A DNA stretch of 64,000 nt, taken from NCBI GenBank assembly GCA_964515165.1, contig CAZETQ010000003.1, positions 50,685 to 114,684 on the forward strand. Direction: 5' to 3'. Position 1 is the stretch's first letter. Every line of letters starts with the position of its first letter. The translations under genes and the position numbers were made by a program. Source of the stretch: an uncultured Solibacteraceae bacterium. GTDB lineage: Bacteria > Acidobacteriota > Terriglobia > Bryobacterales > Bryobacteraceae. This document shows positions 25,256 through 34,815 of the stretch, piece after piece. The notes beneath the pieces were generated by a model, which made no database searches, had not been told where the DNA came from, and saw only the letters and a program-made list of their open reading frames with translations.

Positions 25256-26391
25256 ACTTCTCCTGGCGCCGATTCCGCGCCGTGGCGCACAAAGAGTTCC
25301 TGCACATCCTGCGAGACCCGCGTAGCTTAATCATCTCGCTGGCGCTGCCCCTCATGATGCTGTTGATTTTCGGCTATGCGCTTTCGCTGGATGTCGACCG
25401 CATTCAGGTGGTGGTCTACGACCAGGACCGGACACCCGAAAGCCGTGAGCTGATCGCGCGAATCGATGGCTCCCGCTATTTTGAGATTCGTGATTATGTC
25501 GAAAACTACGCCGCCATTAACCGTGACATCGACAGCAGCCGGGCGCTGGTAGGGATGGTGATTCCTCCTCAGTTCGGTCATGACTTGAAGGCCGGCGGCT
25601 CACCGCAAGTGCAACTAGTGTTCGACGGCAGCGACTCCAATACGGCATCGATTGCGCAAGGCTACGCGAACGCGCTGTTGCTGCAGTACTCGGCGGACAT
25701 GCGGACGGCAGCGCAGGACCGCCGCGGCGCTCCGAAGATGGAGCCGCCGGTCGACGCTCGCGTCCGGGTGATGTACAACACGGATCTCCGGTCGCGTAAC
25801 TACATCGTGCCCGGTTTGATCGCGGTGATCCTGATGATCATCGCCGCGATGCTGACCTCGCTGACGGTGGCTCGCGAATGGGAAACAGGGACGATGGAAC
25901 AATTGATCTCCACTCCCGTACGTCCGGCAGAGCTGTTGTTCGGCAAGCTGATCGCGTTCTTCACCGTCGGTATGACAGACATGCTGGTTTGCCTGGTGGT
26001 GGGCGTCTACATCTTCGAGGTGCCGCTGCAGGGCAGCCCGATCGATCTGTTCCTCGTCAGCATCATCTTCCTCTTCGGAGCGCTCTGTTGGGGGATTTTC
26101 CTCTCCACTGCCGCCAAGAATCAGTTGATGGCGTACCAGATGGGAATGTTGACTTCGTTTCTACCGGCGTTTCTCCTTTCCGGCTTCATTTATGCGACCG
26201 AAAACATGCCGGTGGTGATCCAGGCGATTTCCTATCTCGTGCCGGCGAAATACTTCGTGGCGATTCTCAAGGGGATCTTTCTCAAAGGCGTTTCTCTTCA
26301 CGTGATGTGGACCGAAGTGACGATGCTGAGCGCCTATGCTTTTATCGTTTTCATCCTCGCCGTGAGAAAGCTGCGAATGAAAGTAGCGTGA
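25252..26391 (+). CDS. ABC-2-type transporter permease (YbhS/YbhR-like)
   Basis: 379 aa. One N-terminal TM, a large periplasmic loop, and a C-terminal bundle of 5 TMs. Confidence 0.85.
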   Translation: MNFSWRRFRAVAHKEFLHILRDPRSLIISLALPLMMLLIFGYALSLDVDRIQVVVYDQDRTPESRELIARIDGSRYFEIRDYVENYAAINRDIDSSRALVGMVIPPQFGHDLKAGGSPQVQLVFDGSDSNTASIAQGYANALLLQYSADMRTAAQDRRGAPKMEPPVDARVRVMYNTDLRSRNYIVPGLIAVILMIIAAMLTSLTVAREWETGTMEQLISTPVRPAELLFGKLIAFFTVGMTDMLVCLVVGVYIFEVPLQGSPIDLFLVSIIFLFGALCWGIFLSTAAKNQLMAYQMGMLTSFLPAFLLSGFIYATENMPVVIQAISYLVPAKYFVAILKGIFLKGVSLHVMWTEVTMLSAYAFIVFILAVRKLRMKVA

Positions 26392-26394
26392 ACT

Positions 26395-27546
26395 ATGTGG
26401 GAGAGAATTCGGCACATCATCCGCAAAGAAGTTCTGCAGGCGTTTCGCGAGCCGCGAATGCGCGCGATGCTGATCATGCCGCCGCTGATTCAGTTGCTGG
26501 TGTTCGGTTACGCCGTCAGCCTGGACGTCAACCACTCCAAGATTGCGTTTGCCGATCTGGATAACACACCGCTCAGCCGGGAGCTTCGTGATAACTTTGC
26601 CGGCTCCAGTTACTTCACAATCACGGCTGACGCCTCAATGCCGGGTCAGGCGGACCATTTATTGGACCGTGGACAGGTGACGGCGATCGTTCGCATCCTG
26701 CCGGGTTTCAGCCGGGATCTCGCCCGGGGCAAGACCGTCGGAGTGCAGGTTCTCATCGACGGAACCAATTCCAATACGGCGTCGCTGGTTTCGGCTCAAG
26801 CGGCGGGAGTGATCAGCAGCTTCTCCGCCTCTCAAATGGATAGGCTGCGGCGCGACAAAATGGCGGGCCGCGCTGTTGCCGCCCCGATCCATATTTCGGT
26901 GCCGGAAGTGGATGCTCGCGGGCGGGTGTGGTTCAACCCGGATTTGGAAAGCCGCAATTATTTCATTCCCGGAGTCATCGCCAACATCCTGGTGCTGGTA
27001 ACGATGATGCTCACGGCGATGGCCATCGTGCGGGAGAAGGAAATCGGAACGCTGGAGCAGTTGATGGTGACGCCCATCCGGCCGATCGAGTTGATCCTGG
27101 GGAAAACGCTGCCCTTCGCCGTGGTGGGATTGGTAAACATGTGCATGGTGACGCTGGTCGCTCTGCTGCTGTTCCGAATTCCTTTTCGCGGCAGCTTCAC
27201 GATGCTTCTTGCAAGCACCGTTCTGTTCCTGCTGACCACTCTCGGGGCGGGACTGTTCATCTCGACGGTCTCCAATACACAGCAACAGGCGATGCTCTCG
27301 GCGTCCATGTTCTTTCAGCCGGTATTTATGCTGAGCGGATTTACGTTTCCCATCCGCAACATGCCCGAAGTGGCGCAGTGGCTGACATATCTCAACCCGC
27401 TGCGCTACTTCATGGAAATCGTTCGCGGCATCTTCCTGAAAGGCGTCGGGATCGAAACCTTGTGGCCGAACATGCTGGCGCTTGCCGTGTTCGGGCTGAC
27501 GATTCTGGGCGCCAGCGCTCTACGGTTTCACAAGCGATTGGACTAG
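26395..27546 (+). CDS. ABC-2-type transporter permease (YbhS/YbhR-like), paralogue
   Basis: 383 aa. Same architecture as the preceding gene and clear sequence similarity to it (for example EWETGTMEQLISTPVRP versus EKEIGTLEQLMVTPIRP). Confidence 0.85.
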   Translation: MWERIRHIIRKEVLQAFREPRMRAMLIMPPLIQLLVFGYAVSLDVNHSKIAFADLDNTPLSRELRDNFAGSSYFTITADASMPGQADHLLDRGQVTAIVRILPGFSRDLARGKTVGVQVLIDGTNSNTASLVSAQAAGVISSFSASQMDRLRRDKMAGRAVAAPIHISVPEVDARGRVWFNPDLESRNYFIPGVIANILVLVTMMLTAMAIVREKEIGTLEQLMVTPIRPIELILGKTLPFAVVGLVNMCMVTLVALLLFRIPFRGSFTMLLASTVLFLLTTLGAGLFISTVSNTQQQAMLSASMFFQPVFMLSGFTFPIRNMPEVAQWLTYLNPLRYFMEIVRGIFLKGVGIETLWPNMLALAVFGLTILGASALRFHKRLD

Positions 27547-27552
27547 CGGAAA

Positions 27553-28437
27553 TTACGCCAGCGCGAGATTCAAATTCTCGATGGCTTCGTCGATTTCAGC
27601 GTTGTTCTTGTATCCAACGGTGACGCAATCCACGCCGGCGTTTCGAAACGCATAGCGCATAGCCGCCTTGCGATCTTCGCGATTGGTGAAAGCTCCCTCG
27701 CCGATCAACTTCATGCTGATAACGCCCATGCCGTCGGTCTGGACTTGCTTCACGCGGCCCGTAACTTCTTTGACATCGCCCAAGCCTCGAGTGTTGTAGT
27801 CCTCGGCGTCCATCTTGGTGCCGTTGTGATTCATCCGAATCATGGCCACGTCCAGCCACTTGTTGCCGGGCATTTGCCGCAGCGCCGGCAGCCCATGAAC
27901 GGATGCTCCGCGAGTGACGACTGCCTTGCGATGCTGTGCTTCCTCAATGCCGTCCTGCCAGCGCGCCGAATCCTGAACCCATGTGGGAGTGTGCTGGTAG
28001 TGGAGCAGCATGATGTCGAAATAATCCGTGTTGGCCAGCTTCCGCAGCTCGTCGAACTTCTCCTGCGGGTTGACGCCTTCCCGGGTCGTTACCTTGGACA
28101 TCAGGCGATAGCTGTCGCGCGGAATTCCTTTCAAAGCAATTCCCAACATGCGATGCATTTCGCCGTAGGATTCGGCTGTCTCGAAGAAGCGAATGCCGTT
28201 GTCGTAGGCATAGCGCACCAGGTTGGTAAAGCCGTCCTGCCCCAATTCGCGCTGGACTCGTCCGCTGAACGATCCGGTGCCGAAGGCCAGCCGGGTCACC
28301 TTAATGTTGGACTTGCCCAGAGTCACCCAATCGGTGGCCTTTCCGCCGGCAGCCTTAAGAGTCAGACCTCCGGTGCCCGCCAGTGCTCCTGCGGCGAGTC
28401 CGGTCTTCAGAAAATTACGTCGCGAGCAATGAGCCAT
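27553..28437 (-). CDS. Aldo/keto reductase with twin-arginine signal peptide
   Basis: 294 aa. MAHCSRRNFLKTGLAAGALAGTG (SRRxFLK Tat motif), then the AKR core (FETAESYG ...). Confidence 0.8.
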   Translation of the reverse strand: MAHCSRRNFLKTGLAAGALAGTGGLTLKAAGGKATDWVTLGKSNIKVTRLAFGTGSFSGRVQRELGQDGFTNLVRYAYDNGIRFFETAESYGEMHRMLGIALKGIPRDSYRLMSKVTTREGVNPQEKFDELRKLANTDYFDIMLLHYQHTPTWVQDSARWQDGIEEAQHRKAVVTRGASVHGLPALRQMPGNKWLDVAMIRMNHNGTKMDAEDYNTRGLGDVKEVTGRVKQVQTDGMGVISMKLIGEGAFTNREDRKAAMRYAFRNAGVDCVTVGYKNNAEIDEAIENLNLALA

Positions 28438-28560
28438 CGGTGATTTCCTCCAACCGCTTGCATGCTACCACGCTGAAACAGCCGGTTGGTGAAAGAGGAA
28501 ACGGCGCCATCTCAGAGAACAGCGCCGTTCGAGAGGAAGGAAGGAGGGAGGAGGGAATCG

Positions 28561-29247
28561 TTAGCGGTTGCGGCGGAGGAAAGCGACGGCGGCCAGACCG
28601 CCGATGCCCATCAGCCAACTGGTGGGCTCCGGGGTTTGCGCCGACGGCTCCACTACGTTGCCGGCGTAGGTGGTGCCGGCGTTGAACAACCCGGCTTGCC
28701 AGGTTTGCCCGGATGCCGGGAAGTGGAAGGTCTGCCCGGGTTGACCGTTCAGAAAATCGACTGTCATGGTGACGTCGATAGCTCCGCGCTCCACAAATCC
28801 CGCCGGAGCAATCGAATCCGCATTCAACCGGCAGATGCCGTCAAAGGCGCCGCAAATGCGGGTTTCGTCCACGTCGGCCGAGTAGCGGAACGTTTCCCCG
28901 TTGGTGAAGTTGGAAAACGACAGCGTGGCCGTCTTGTTGCCGCCGGTACCTTCCCCAAGGGGAGTACTCAGGAAGTTGCCCGTGCCGCCGTCGACCGTGC
29001 TGTAGGCGCCCCAGGTGAGGTAGCCGGAGCCGCTGCTGGTCAGGTCATAGATCATTCCACTGCCCAGCGTCACCGTCAATCCGGTGAGCTTCAGTTGTCC
29101 GGAAGGATCATGGAAGGTGAAATCGAAGTGGTCTGCGGAATTGCCGGCGACCCCGGCCACCGGCGTCCACTGAAAATCAACCGTAAACGGCACGGCGAGG
29201 GCCGGTAGAGCCGAAACGGCAGCGAGTACAGCCAACATGCGAAACAT
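28561..29247 (-). CDS. PEP-CTERM sorting-domain protein
   Basis: 228 aa. Signal peptide MFRMLAVLAAVSALPALA. C-terminus TPEPTSWLMGIGGLAAVAFLRRNR. Confidence 0.7.
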   Translation of the reverse strand: MFRMLAVLAAVSALPALAVPFTVDFQWTPVAGVAGNSADHFDFTFHDPSGQLKLTGLTVTLGSGMIYDLTSSGSGYLTWGAYSTVDGGTGNFLSTPLGEGTGGNKTATLSFSNFTNGETFRYSADVDETRICGAFDGICRLNADSIAPAGFVERGAIDVTMTVDFLNGQPGQTFHFPASGQTWQAGLFNAGTTYAGNVVEPSAQTPEPTSWLMGIGGLAAVAFLRRNR

Positions 29248-29336
29248 ATGCTGACATCTTGCGGGCGAGTGTCCGCTGCCTCAATGAGAAGAATTCCCTA
29301 CCCGGTAATAGGACCACCGGATTTTGTCGATAAAAA

Positions 29337-30405
29337 TCAGCGAGTTACAGGCCCAGGAAAAATCCGGACCATTAAGGATTTTGCATCTACGTCGATCAGT
29401 TCCGCAGACCCGTCGCCGTTCAGATCCGCCGCGGCGGCTCTCCAGTTGTCGGTCGCGGGCTTGGCGATCTTGCGTGGACTTGCCAGCTTACCGTCCGGGC
29501 GCTGCAGCAGAATAACGAATTCCGACCCGCTGGCCGCAACGATGTCCGCGCGTTTGTCACCGTTGAGATCGGTGATTTCGATCGTCCAGACGACGGCGCC
29601 CAAGGAAACCGGACTTCCCGGCATCGGATGAAACTCCCGGAACCTTCCCCCAGGAACACCACCATTGCCCGATGTCGTCGTGGGTGACGGCGATGTCCGG
29701 AAAACCGTCGCTGTTGATGTCCCCTACCGCGGAGTAATAGGGCCTCTGGAGCACCCGATGCGGAGAGCCGGGTGCCGGTTGAAAGCTGCCTTTTCCGTCA
29801 CCCAGAAACACGCTTACCTCGCCCTTCCCGGTGTTCGGCACCACCAGGTCGGCGATGCCGTCGCGATTGACATCGGCCCGTGTGGGGTTGTTCGGGTGAT
29901 TGACGGCAAGCGATTTGGTGGATGACATCTCCCCCCGGCCATCTCCCATCAAGATCGTCAACTCGCCTTCGCCGATATTGAAATGCGCCAGATCGGATTT
30001 CCGATCGCCGTTCCAATCTCCAGCCAGAAGGCCGTGGATGTGGGGCTTGCCTGTCTTTCGGACTCGCGTCATTCCCAAGCGCCGCAGGCTCCCTTTGCCG
30101 TCTCCGGCCAGTACGACAACCGCCAGCGTGTCATGATCGGCAAATGCCACATCCAAGTGGCCGTCGCTGTTGAAGTCGCCGAAAGCCAGCTCCGTCGGGT
30201 TGCCGGTTAAGTCGATGTGGCTGGTTTCCCGGAAATGTCCTTTCCCGTCGTTCAGCGCGATAACGATGGCCCGATCGCAGCCCACCACCAGGTCCGGATG
30301 ACCGTCCGCATTCATGTCCGCAACGGCTGGACGATGTGGTGGACGCGATACGGGAATGTGTACGGGATCGATCGCGAAACCGAGCAATAGAACGGTAAGA
30401 ATCAC
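29337..30405 (-). pseudogene. FG-GAP/VCBS-repeat protein, reading frame broken twice near 29600-29670
   Basis: Repeats of the type DxNxDGxxD...GDGxGxF are seen seven or more times. The repeat series continues across three ORF-track fragments (29557-30405, 29420-29665, 29337-29624) in three different frames. Confidence 0.6.
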
Positions 30406-30442
30406 ATCGCACAGACGATTCGCCGCTGCGGAGTGTTAACCG

Positions 30443-30481
30443 GAAATAAGAAAGGCTCCTGGAGTTTGCACTCCAGGAGCC
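30443..30481 (-). terminator. Intrinsic terminator downstream of the TonB-dependent receptor gene
   Basis: Perfect 12-bp stem GGCTCCTGGAGT/ACTCCAGGAGCC (30454-30481) with a 4-nt loop. On the minus strand it is followed by TTTCTTATTTCC. It starts 14 nt after the receptor stop. Confidence 0.7.
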
Positions 30482-30494
30482 GAATGTCGGGAAA

Positions 30495-33400
30495 CTACCA
30501 AATGAACTTCAGGGCTAACTGTGCCTGGCGCGGGCTGTTGCTCACGCTGGTGATCCGGCCAAAGGTTCCATTGCCGACTTCCACGTTCGGATTGTTGAAG
30601 TACGGAGTGTTGGACAGATTGTAGAACTCCGCCCGGAACTCTAAGTTCGTTCCTTCGCGAATCTGGGGAATGTTGAACCGCTTGCCGATCGACAAGTCCC
30701 AGTTGATCAATCCGGGGCCCCAGATCAGGCCGCGGCCGGCGTTGCCGATGGTATAGAGCGTCGGAGCGGTGAAGGCCGTCGTGTCAAACCAGCGGTTCTC
30801 GCTGCGCTCGCTGGTGGGCAGGTTCGGATCACGCACCACGTTCGGACGGTTGGCATTGTTGCGGCAAACGCAAGTGTCGAAGTTGATCCCGGGGCTGAGC
30901 GGGAATCCGGCCTGGATGGTGGTAATGCCGTTCAACTCCCAGCCGCCCAGCACCCAATCGCCAATTCCCTGGGTGAGCCACCGGTGGCCATGGCCGAACG
31001 GCAGCTGGTAGTTGTAGCCCATCGTGAATCGATAAGGCGCGCTATCCGGGGAAATCCCGCGGTCCAGCTGCCGGTTGTTCAGGGGGTCGCGGAAGCCTTG
31101 CTCGCCGACGTTCATCAGCTTCTGCCACGTGAAGGCAGCCAGGAATCCGAGGCCCGCGGCAAAACGGCGCTCCGCCTTGATCTGCAGAGAGTTGTAGCTG
31201 GAAGATCCCTGCCAGGTCTGCACGTTGACCCCCTGAAGATACCTTGGATACGGAATATAGGGAGCCGTAAACCTTCCCTGCGCGGCGGGCGAGAGATTGA
31301 CCGGGATCGCGTTCATGTTGTAGCCGCCGTACTGCAGGTGAGTTCCTTTGCTGCCCGCGTAGCCAACCTCCACCATGATTCCGGCCACTTCACGCTGTAC
31401 GTTGAGGTTCCACTGCTGCAGGTAGGACATCGGGTTGTCGTCGGGGTAGATGCTGACCGAAACGGCGTTCGCTCCGGTTTTATCAGCCGGGGTGTACGGA
31501 ACGTTATCCAGAGTGGTGTTGGCCACAATCTGGTCCGGGGTGTTGTAGCGTCCCACATCGGCGTCGGCGAAGATCGGATCCGACTGCAGAAATCCAAATG
31601 CGCCGCTGCTCATCGTGCCGACGTAGGAGATGCCGTATGCGCCGCGAATCACCGTCCTGGAATCTCCGAACGGGCTATAGGCGAACCCGATCCGCGGGCC
31701 GAAGTTGTTCCAGTCGTTCTTCCACGGAGTATTGCGGAAGCCGTTCTGCCCGAACTGCTGATAGGCGCCGCGATCCAGGTCGAAGACGCCGCTGCGATTC
31801 TGGGCCTCGTTGTAATAGAGCGGAGCGTCCCAGCGAAGTCCCAGATTCACCGTCAACTTGCGATTGACGCGAATATCGTCCTGGATGAACAGCGCATAGA
31901 CGGAGGATCTTGACTTGAAGAAGCCCGGGAAAATCCGATAATTCATCGTCACCGGCAGGCCTAGCAGAAAGCTGGCATAGTCGAATCCAGTATTGGCAAT
32001 TCCCCGCTGATCGCTCAGCGTCGGCGTAAACCGCCATAACGTACTTCCCGGATTGGGCTGCAGATTATCCGTCCGGATCTTGCGGGCTTCGCCGCCGAAC
32101 TTCAAGTTGTGGCGGCCCATGTTGATCGAAGTGACGTTGACGATGGACGCGCTGTTCTGCAGCTCGAAGAAGAGAGTGTCGGAGCTGGCGCCCAGGCGGG
32201 CAAAGTTGGTAAATCCGAAATCCGGGGTCCCCAGTGGATCGTTGCCGTTCGGAAATCCCATGATCCCAAGACTATTCGTGCTGACCGTTCCGTAGCCGGG
32301 TACTGGACGCTTGGGATAAGTCTGAAACCATCCCAGGTGAAGATCGTTCGTTGCTCGCGGACTGAACACATGCACATGGTTCAGCACGCCTTGAAATGCC
32401 TTGTTTCGACTGTAAAGACCCTGGCCCAAACTGCCGGGGACGCCGCCGCCGGCGTTCGGATCCGGAAAGGGCTGCGCCGGAGTGTTGTCGGTTTTTCGCA
32501 CCGAGAACCGGCCCATAATCTTGTCCTTCTCCGAAAAGTTGTGATCGATCTTAATGTCGTATTCGTAGTTGTCGTCCTTGATGCCGCCGAAACTGCTGTA
32601 GTTTGCAAAGTTGGCGCTGGTTTGGGGCAACGGAAACAACTGCTGGATCTTCAGTGCTGCGGGACTTAAGCGGTTTGTTGGAATGCGGTTTCCCGGAAAC
32701 GGGTCTCGAACTATTACCTGTTGTCCCTGCGCATTGGTCACGGGGCGGCTGGTATTCGGGTCGAAAACCTGATTTCGATACGCTGGCCGTCCCAATGCGT
32801 CGACGCCGACCTGCTCACCGAGGATGCTGGAAAAATCGCCCGACTTGAAGGCGGCATTGGGCACCGACAGATTGTTGAATGCCGAGGTACCGCGCTGCGT
32901 CGTGTATTGGTAATCGAAGAAGAAGAACGTTTTGTTCTTGATGATCGGTCCGCCCACCGTCCCGCCGAACTGATTGCGCCGGACGATCGGCTTGGTATGG
33001 GCGTAGTAGTTTCCGGCATTCAGCTTGTCGTTCCGGAAAAACTCAAACAGCGTTCCGTGAAATTGATTCGTGCCGGACTTGGTGGTGGACGACATCACCG
33101 CGCCGCTGGTCTCGCCGTACTCGGCCGAGAAGCTGTTCGTCAGAACTTTGAACTCCTGGATGACATCGGGGTTGGGATTGACCGGATTGCCGGACCAGAC
33201 GTGATTGCTGCTGTGCGCTCCGTCAATATAGTACGGGTCCTTTCGAACCAAACCGCCTTGAATCACCGCGTTGCCGTCCCGGTTCATCGCAACGCCGGGA
33301 ACCAGCAGCCGGAAATCCTGCGGGTTGCGCCCGATTGTCGGAAGACTGGTCACCTGCCGGTTTTCGATCGTCGTGCTGAGAGCGCCGGTTTCGGTTTCCA

Positions 33401-33758
33401 GCGTCGGAGTGGTTGCCTCCACGCGAACCGTCTCGGTCACCGCGCCTGTCTCCAAGGCGATATCGATGCGCAACTGGCGCGTCATCTCAAGGGCGATGCC
33501 TTCACGCACGAATTTCTTAAAGCCGGCAATCTCCGTCGTTACGCTGTAGGTACCGGGGGCCAGGAAATTGACCGTGTAGTTGCCCAGGCTATCGGTGGTG
33601 GCCGTCGTCGCTACGCCGGTGCCGGTATTCGTCACCACGACTTTCGCATCGACAATTACCGCTCCGCTGGAATCGGTGACGGTGCCCAGAATGGAACTGG
33701 TATTTCCTTGGCCAAATGCGGCTACCGTGGACGCAATTAATGCGAGGATTCTTCTCAT
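30495..33758 (-). CDS. TonB-dependent receptor with N-terminal carboxypeptidase-regulatory-like domain
   Basis: 1087 aa. Signal peptide, then CarboxypepD_reg (ILGTVTDSSGAVIVDAKVVVTN..GNYTVNFLAPGTYSVT), then a long beta-barrel ending LALKFIW (terminal aromatic residue). Confidence 0.85.
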   Translation of the reverse strand: MRRILALIASTVAAFGQGNTSSILGTVTDSSGAVIVDAKVVVTNTGTGVATTATTDSLGNYTVNFLAPGTYSVTTEIAGFKKFVREGIALEMTRQLRIDIALETGAVTETVRVEATTPTLETETGALSTTIENRQVTSLPTIGRNPQDFRLLVPGVAMNRDGNAVIQGGLVRKDPYYIDGAHSSNHVWSGNPVNPNPDVIQEFKVLTNSFSAEYGETSGAVMSSTTKSGTNQFHGTLFEFFRNDKLNAGNYYAHTKPIVRRNQFGGTVGGPIIKNKTFFFFDYQYTTQRGTSAFNNLSVPNAAFKSGDFSSILGEQVGVDALGRPAYRNQVFDPNTSRPVTNAQGQQVIVRDPFPGNRIPTNRLSPAALKIQQLFPLPQTSANFANYSSFGGIKDDNYEYDIKIDHNFSEKDKIMGRFSVRKTDNTPAQPFPDPNAGGGVPGSLGQGLYSRNKAFQGVLNHVHVFSPRATNDLHLGWFQTYPKRPVPGYGTVSTNSLGIMGFPNGNDPLGTPDFGFTNFARLGASSDTLFFELQNSASIVNVTSINMGRHNLKFGGEARKIRTDNLQPNPGSTLWRFTPTLSDQRGIANTGFDYASFLLGLPVTMNYRIFPGFFKSRSSVYALFIQDDIRVNRKLTVNLGLRWDAPLYYNEAQNRSGVFDLDRGAYQQFGQNGFRNTPWKNDWNNFGPRIGFAYSPFGDSRTVIRGAYGISYVGTMSSGAFGFLQSDPIFADADVGRYNTPDQIVANTTLDNVPYTPADKTGANAVSVSIYPDDNPMSYLQQWNLNVQREVAGIMVEVGYAGSKGTHLQYGGYNMNAIPVNLSPAAQGRFTAPYIPYPRYLQGVNVQTWQGSSSYNSLQIKAERRFAAGLGFLAAFTWQKLMNVGEQGFRDPLNNRQLDRGISPDSAPYRFTMGYNYQLPFGHGHRWLTQGIGDWVLGGWELNGITTIQAGFPLSPGINFDTCVCRNNANRPNVVRDPNLPTSERSENRWFDTTAFTAPTLYTIGNAGRGLIWGPGLINWDLSIGKRFNIPQIREGTNLEFRAEFYNLSNTPYFNNPNVEVGNGTFGRITSVSNSPRQAQLALKFIW

Positions 33759-33808
33759 GGAACCTCCGAAGTTTTGCGGCGAGTATATCAGAATTCCATG
33801 AGCAGTAA

Positions 33809-34798
33809 CTATTTTCGACTATTGCCAATCCGGTGATTCGTAAATGTCAACATCGGCGCGGGAGAGCTCTGGGGCATGTGGCATGGCAGGCAATTCTGCT
33901 TCGTTGCGCGTCCGCATCCGGGCCGGGAAACCGTCGAAGGCGGATGGCAACCGGCGCAGATTCGGACGTAATGCTGTTCATCGTGGCTGGCATTTTCGTG
34001 AGGGTTATGGCACGAAATGCAGGAAAGGCGGCCGCTTTTTTGGAAACATTTGCTGGCCATCAATCCGATGGGCTGAAACCGGATCGCCATCGCATCGTCC
34101 GGGCGAACGCGCTCTCCTTCCGGTGACCGGTGGCATTCCGCGCAAAAATTGACGGTCTCTGCCGCCGGTCGGCCGCTGAATTTCTGCATCGGGACTTGGG
34201 ATGATGCATGGGCGGCCCCGGGGCCATGGCAGCGCTCGCAGGTAACACCCGGCTCGATCCCGGCCAGATCTCCGCTGCCGGTCACTCGCGCGGCATGGCA
34301 TCCAAAACATCTTCGGATCGTTTCCATGGGTTGGGCGATTCCGAACGCCTCGTCCAGAATCCGGGCCGGAGTTCCCGGGTGTCCCAGTGTCCGGCCCGGT
34401 TGCTGCCCTGCCGTGTAATAGGAGACCCGATGCTCGAAAAATGCACCTTCGCGGAAACCCACCGGGGTAAGGGCCTGCGCCCCGGCGCCGAATGCCCAGT
34501 TCAGAATCGCAGTGAGTTGCCGCCCGTCCTTTGCTACCGTGACCGCCAGCCCGTCTTCCGCGGGAGCGTAGGAGTAGCGAAGCCCGGACCTCTCTTCAAT
34601 CGGAACACCGGCCAGCAGGGCGGGAAGCGGCGAGTCGAGAATCGGCCGCAGCGCCAAGGCATGGTTCGTGCGAAGCTGTTTCGCCTGCTGAGGATGGCAG
34701 GACTGGCAGGCATGCGCGCCCGCGTACTCCTGTCCGGCCAGCAGGCAGGGAACGACCATCCAAACTACGGCACACCGCGCGAACATGCCAGCAAGCAC
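33809..34798 (-). CDS. Multihaem c-type cytochrome (seven CxxCH motifs)
   Basis: CQSCH, CFGCH, CERCH, CAECH, CISCH, CAGCH, CLPCH. N-terminal signal/anchor. Start is GTG 34798 or ATG 34786. Confidence 0.8.
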   Translation of the reverse strand: MLAGMFARCAVVWMVVPCLLAGQEYAGAHACQSCHPQQAKQLRTNHALALRPILDSPLPALLAGVPIEERSGLRYSYAPAEDGLAVTVAKDGRQLTAILNWAFGAGAQALTPVGFREGAFFEHRVSYYTAGQQPGRTLGHPGTPARILDEAFGIAQPMETIRRCFGCHAARVTGSGDLAGIEPGVTCERCHGPGAAHASSQVPMQKFSGRPAAETVNFCAECHRSPEGERVRPDDAMAIRFQPIGLMASKCFQKSGRLSCISCHNPHENASHDEQHYVRICAGCHPPSTVSRPGCGRATKQNCLPCHMPQSSPAPMLTFTNHRIGNSRK

Positions 34799-34815
34799 GT
34801 GATAATACTAACGGC

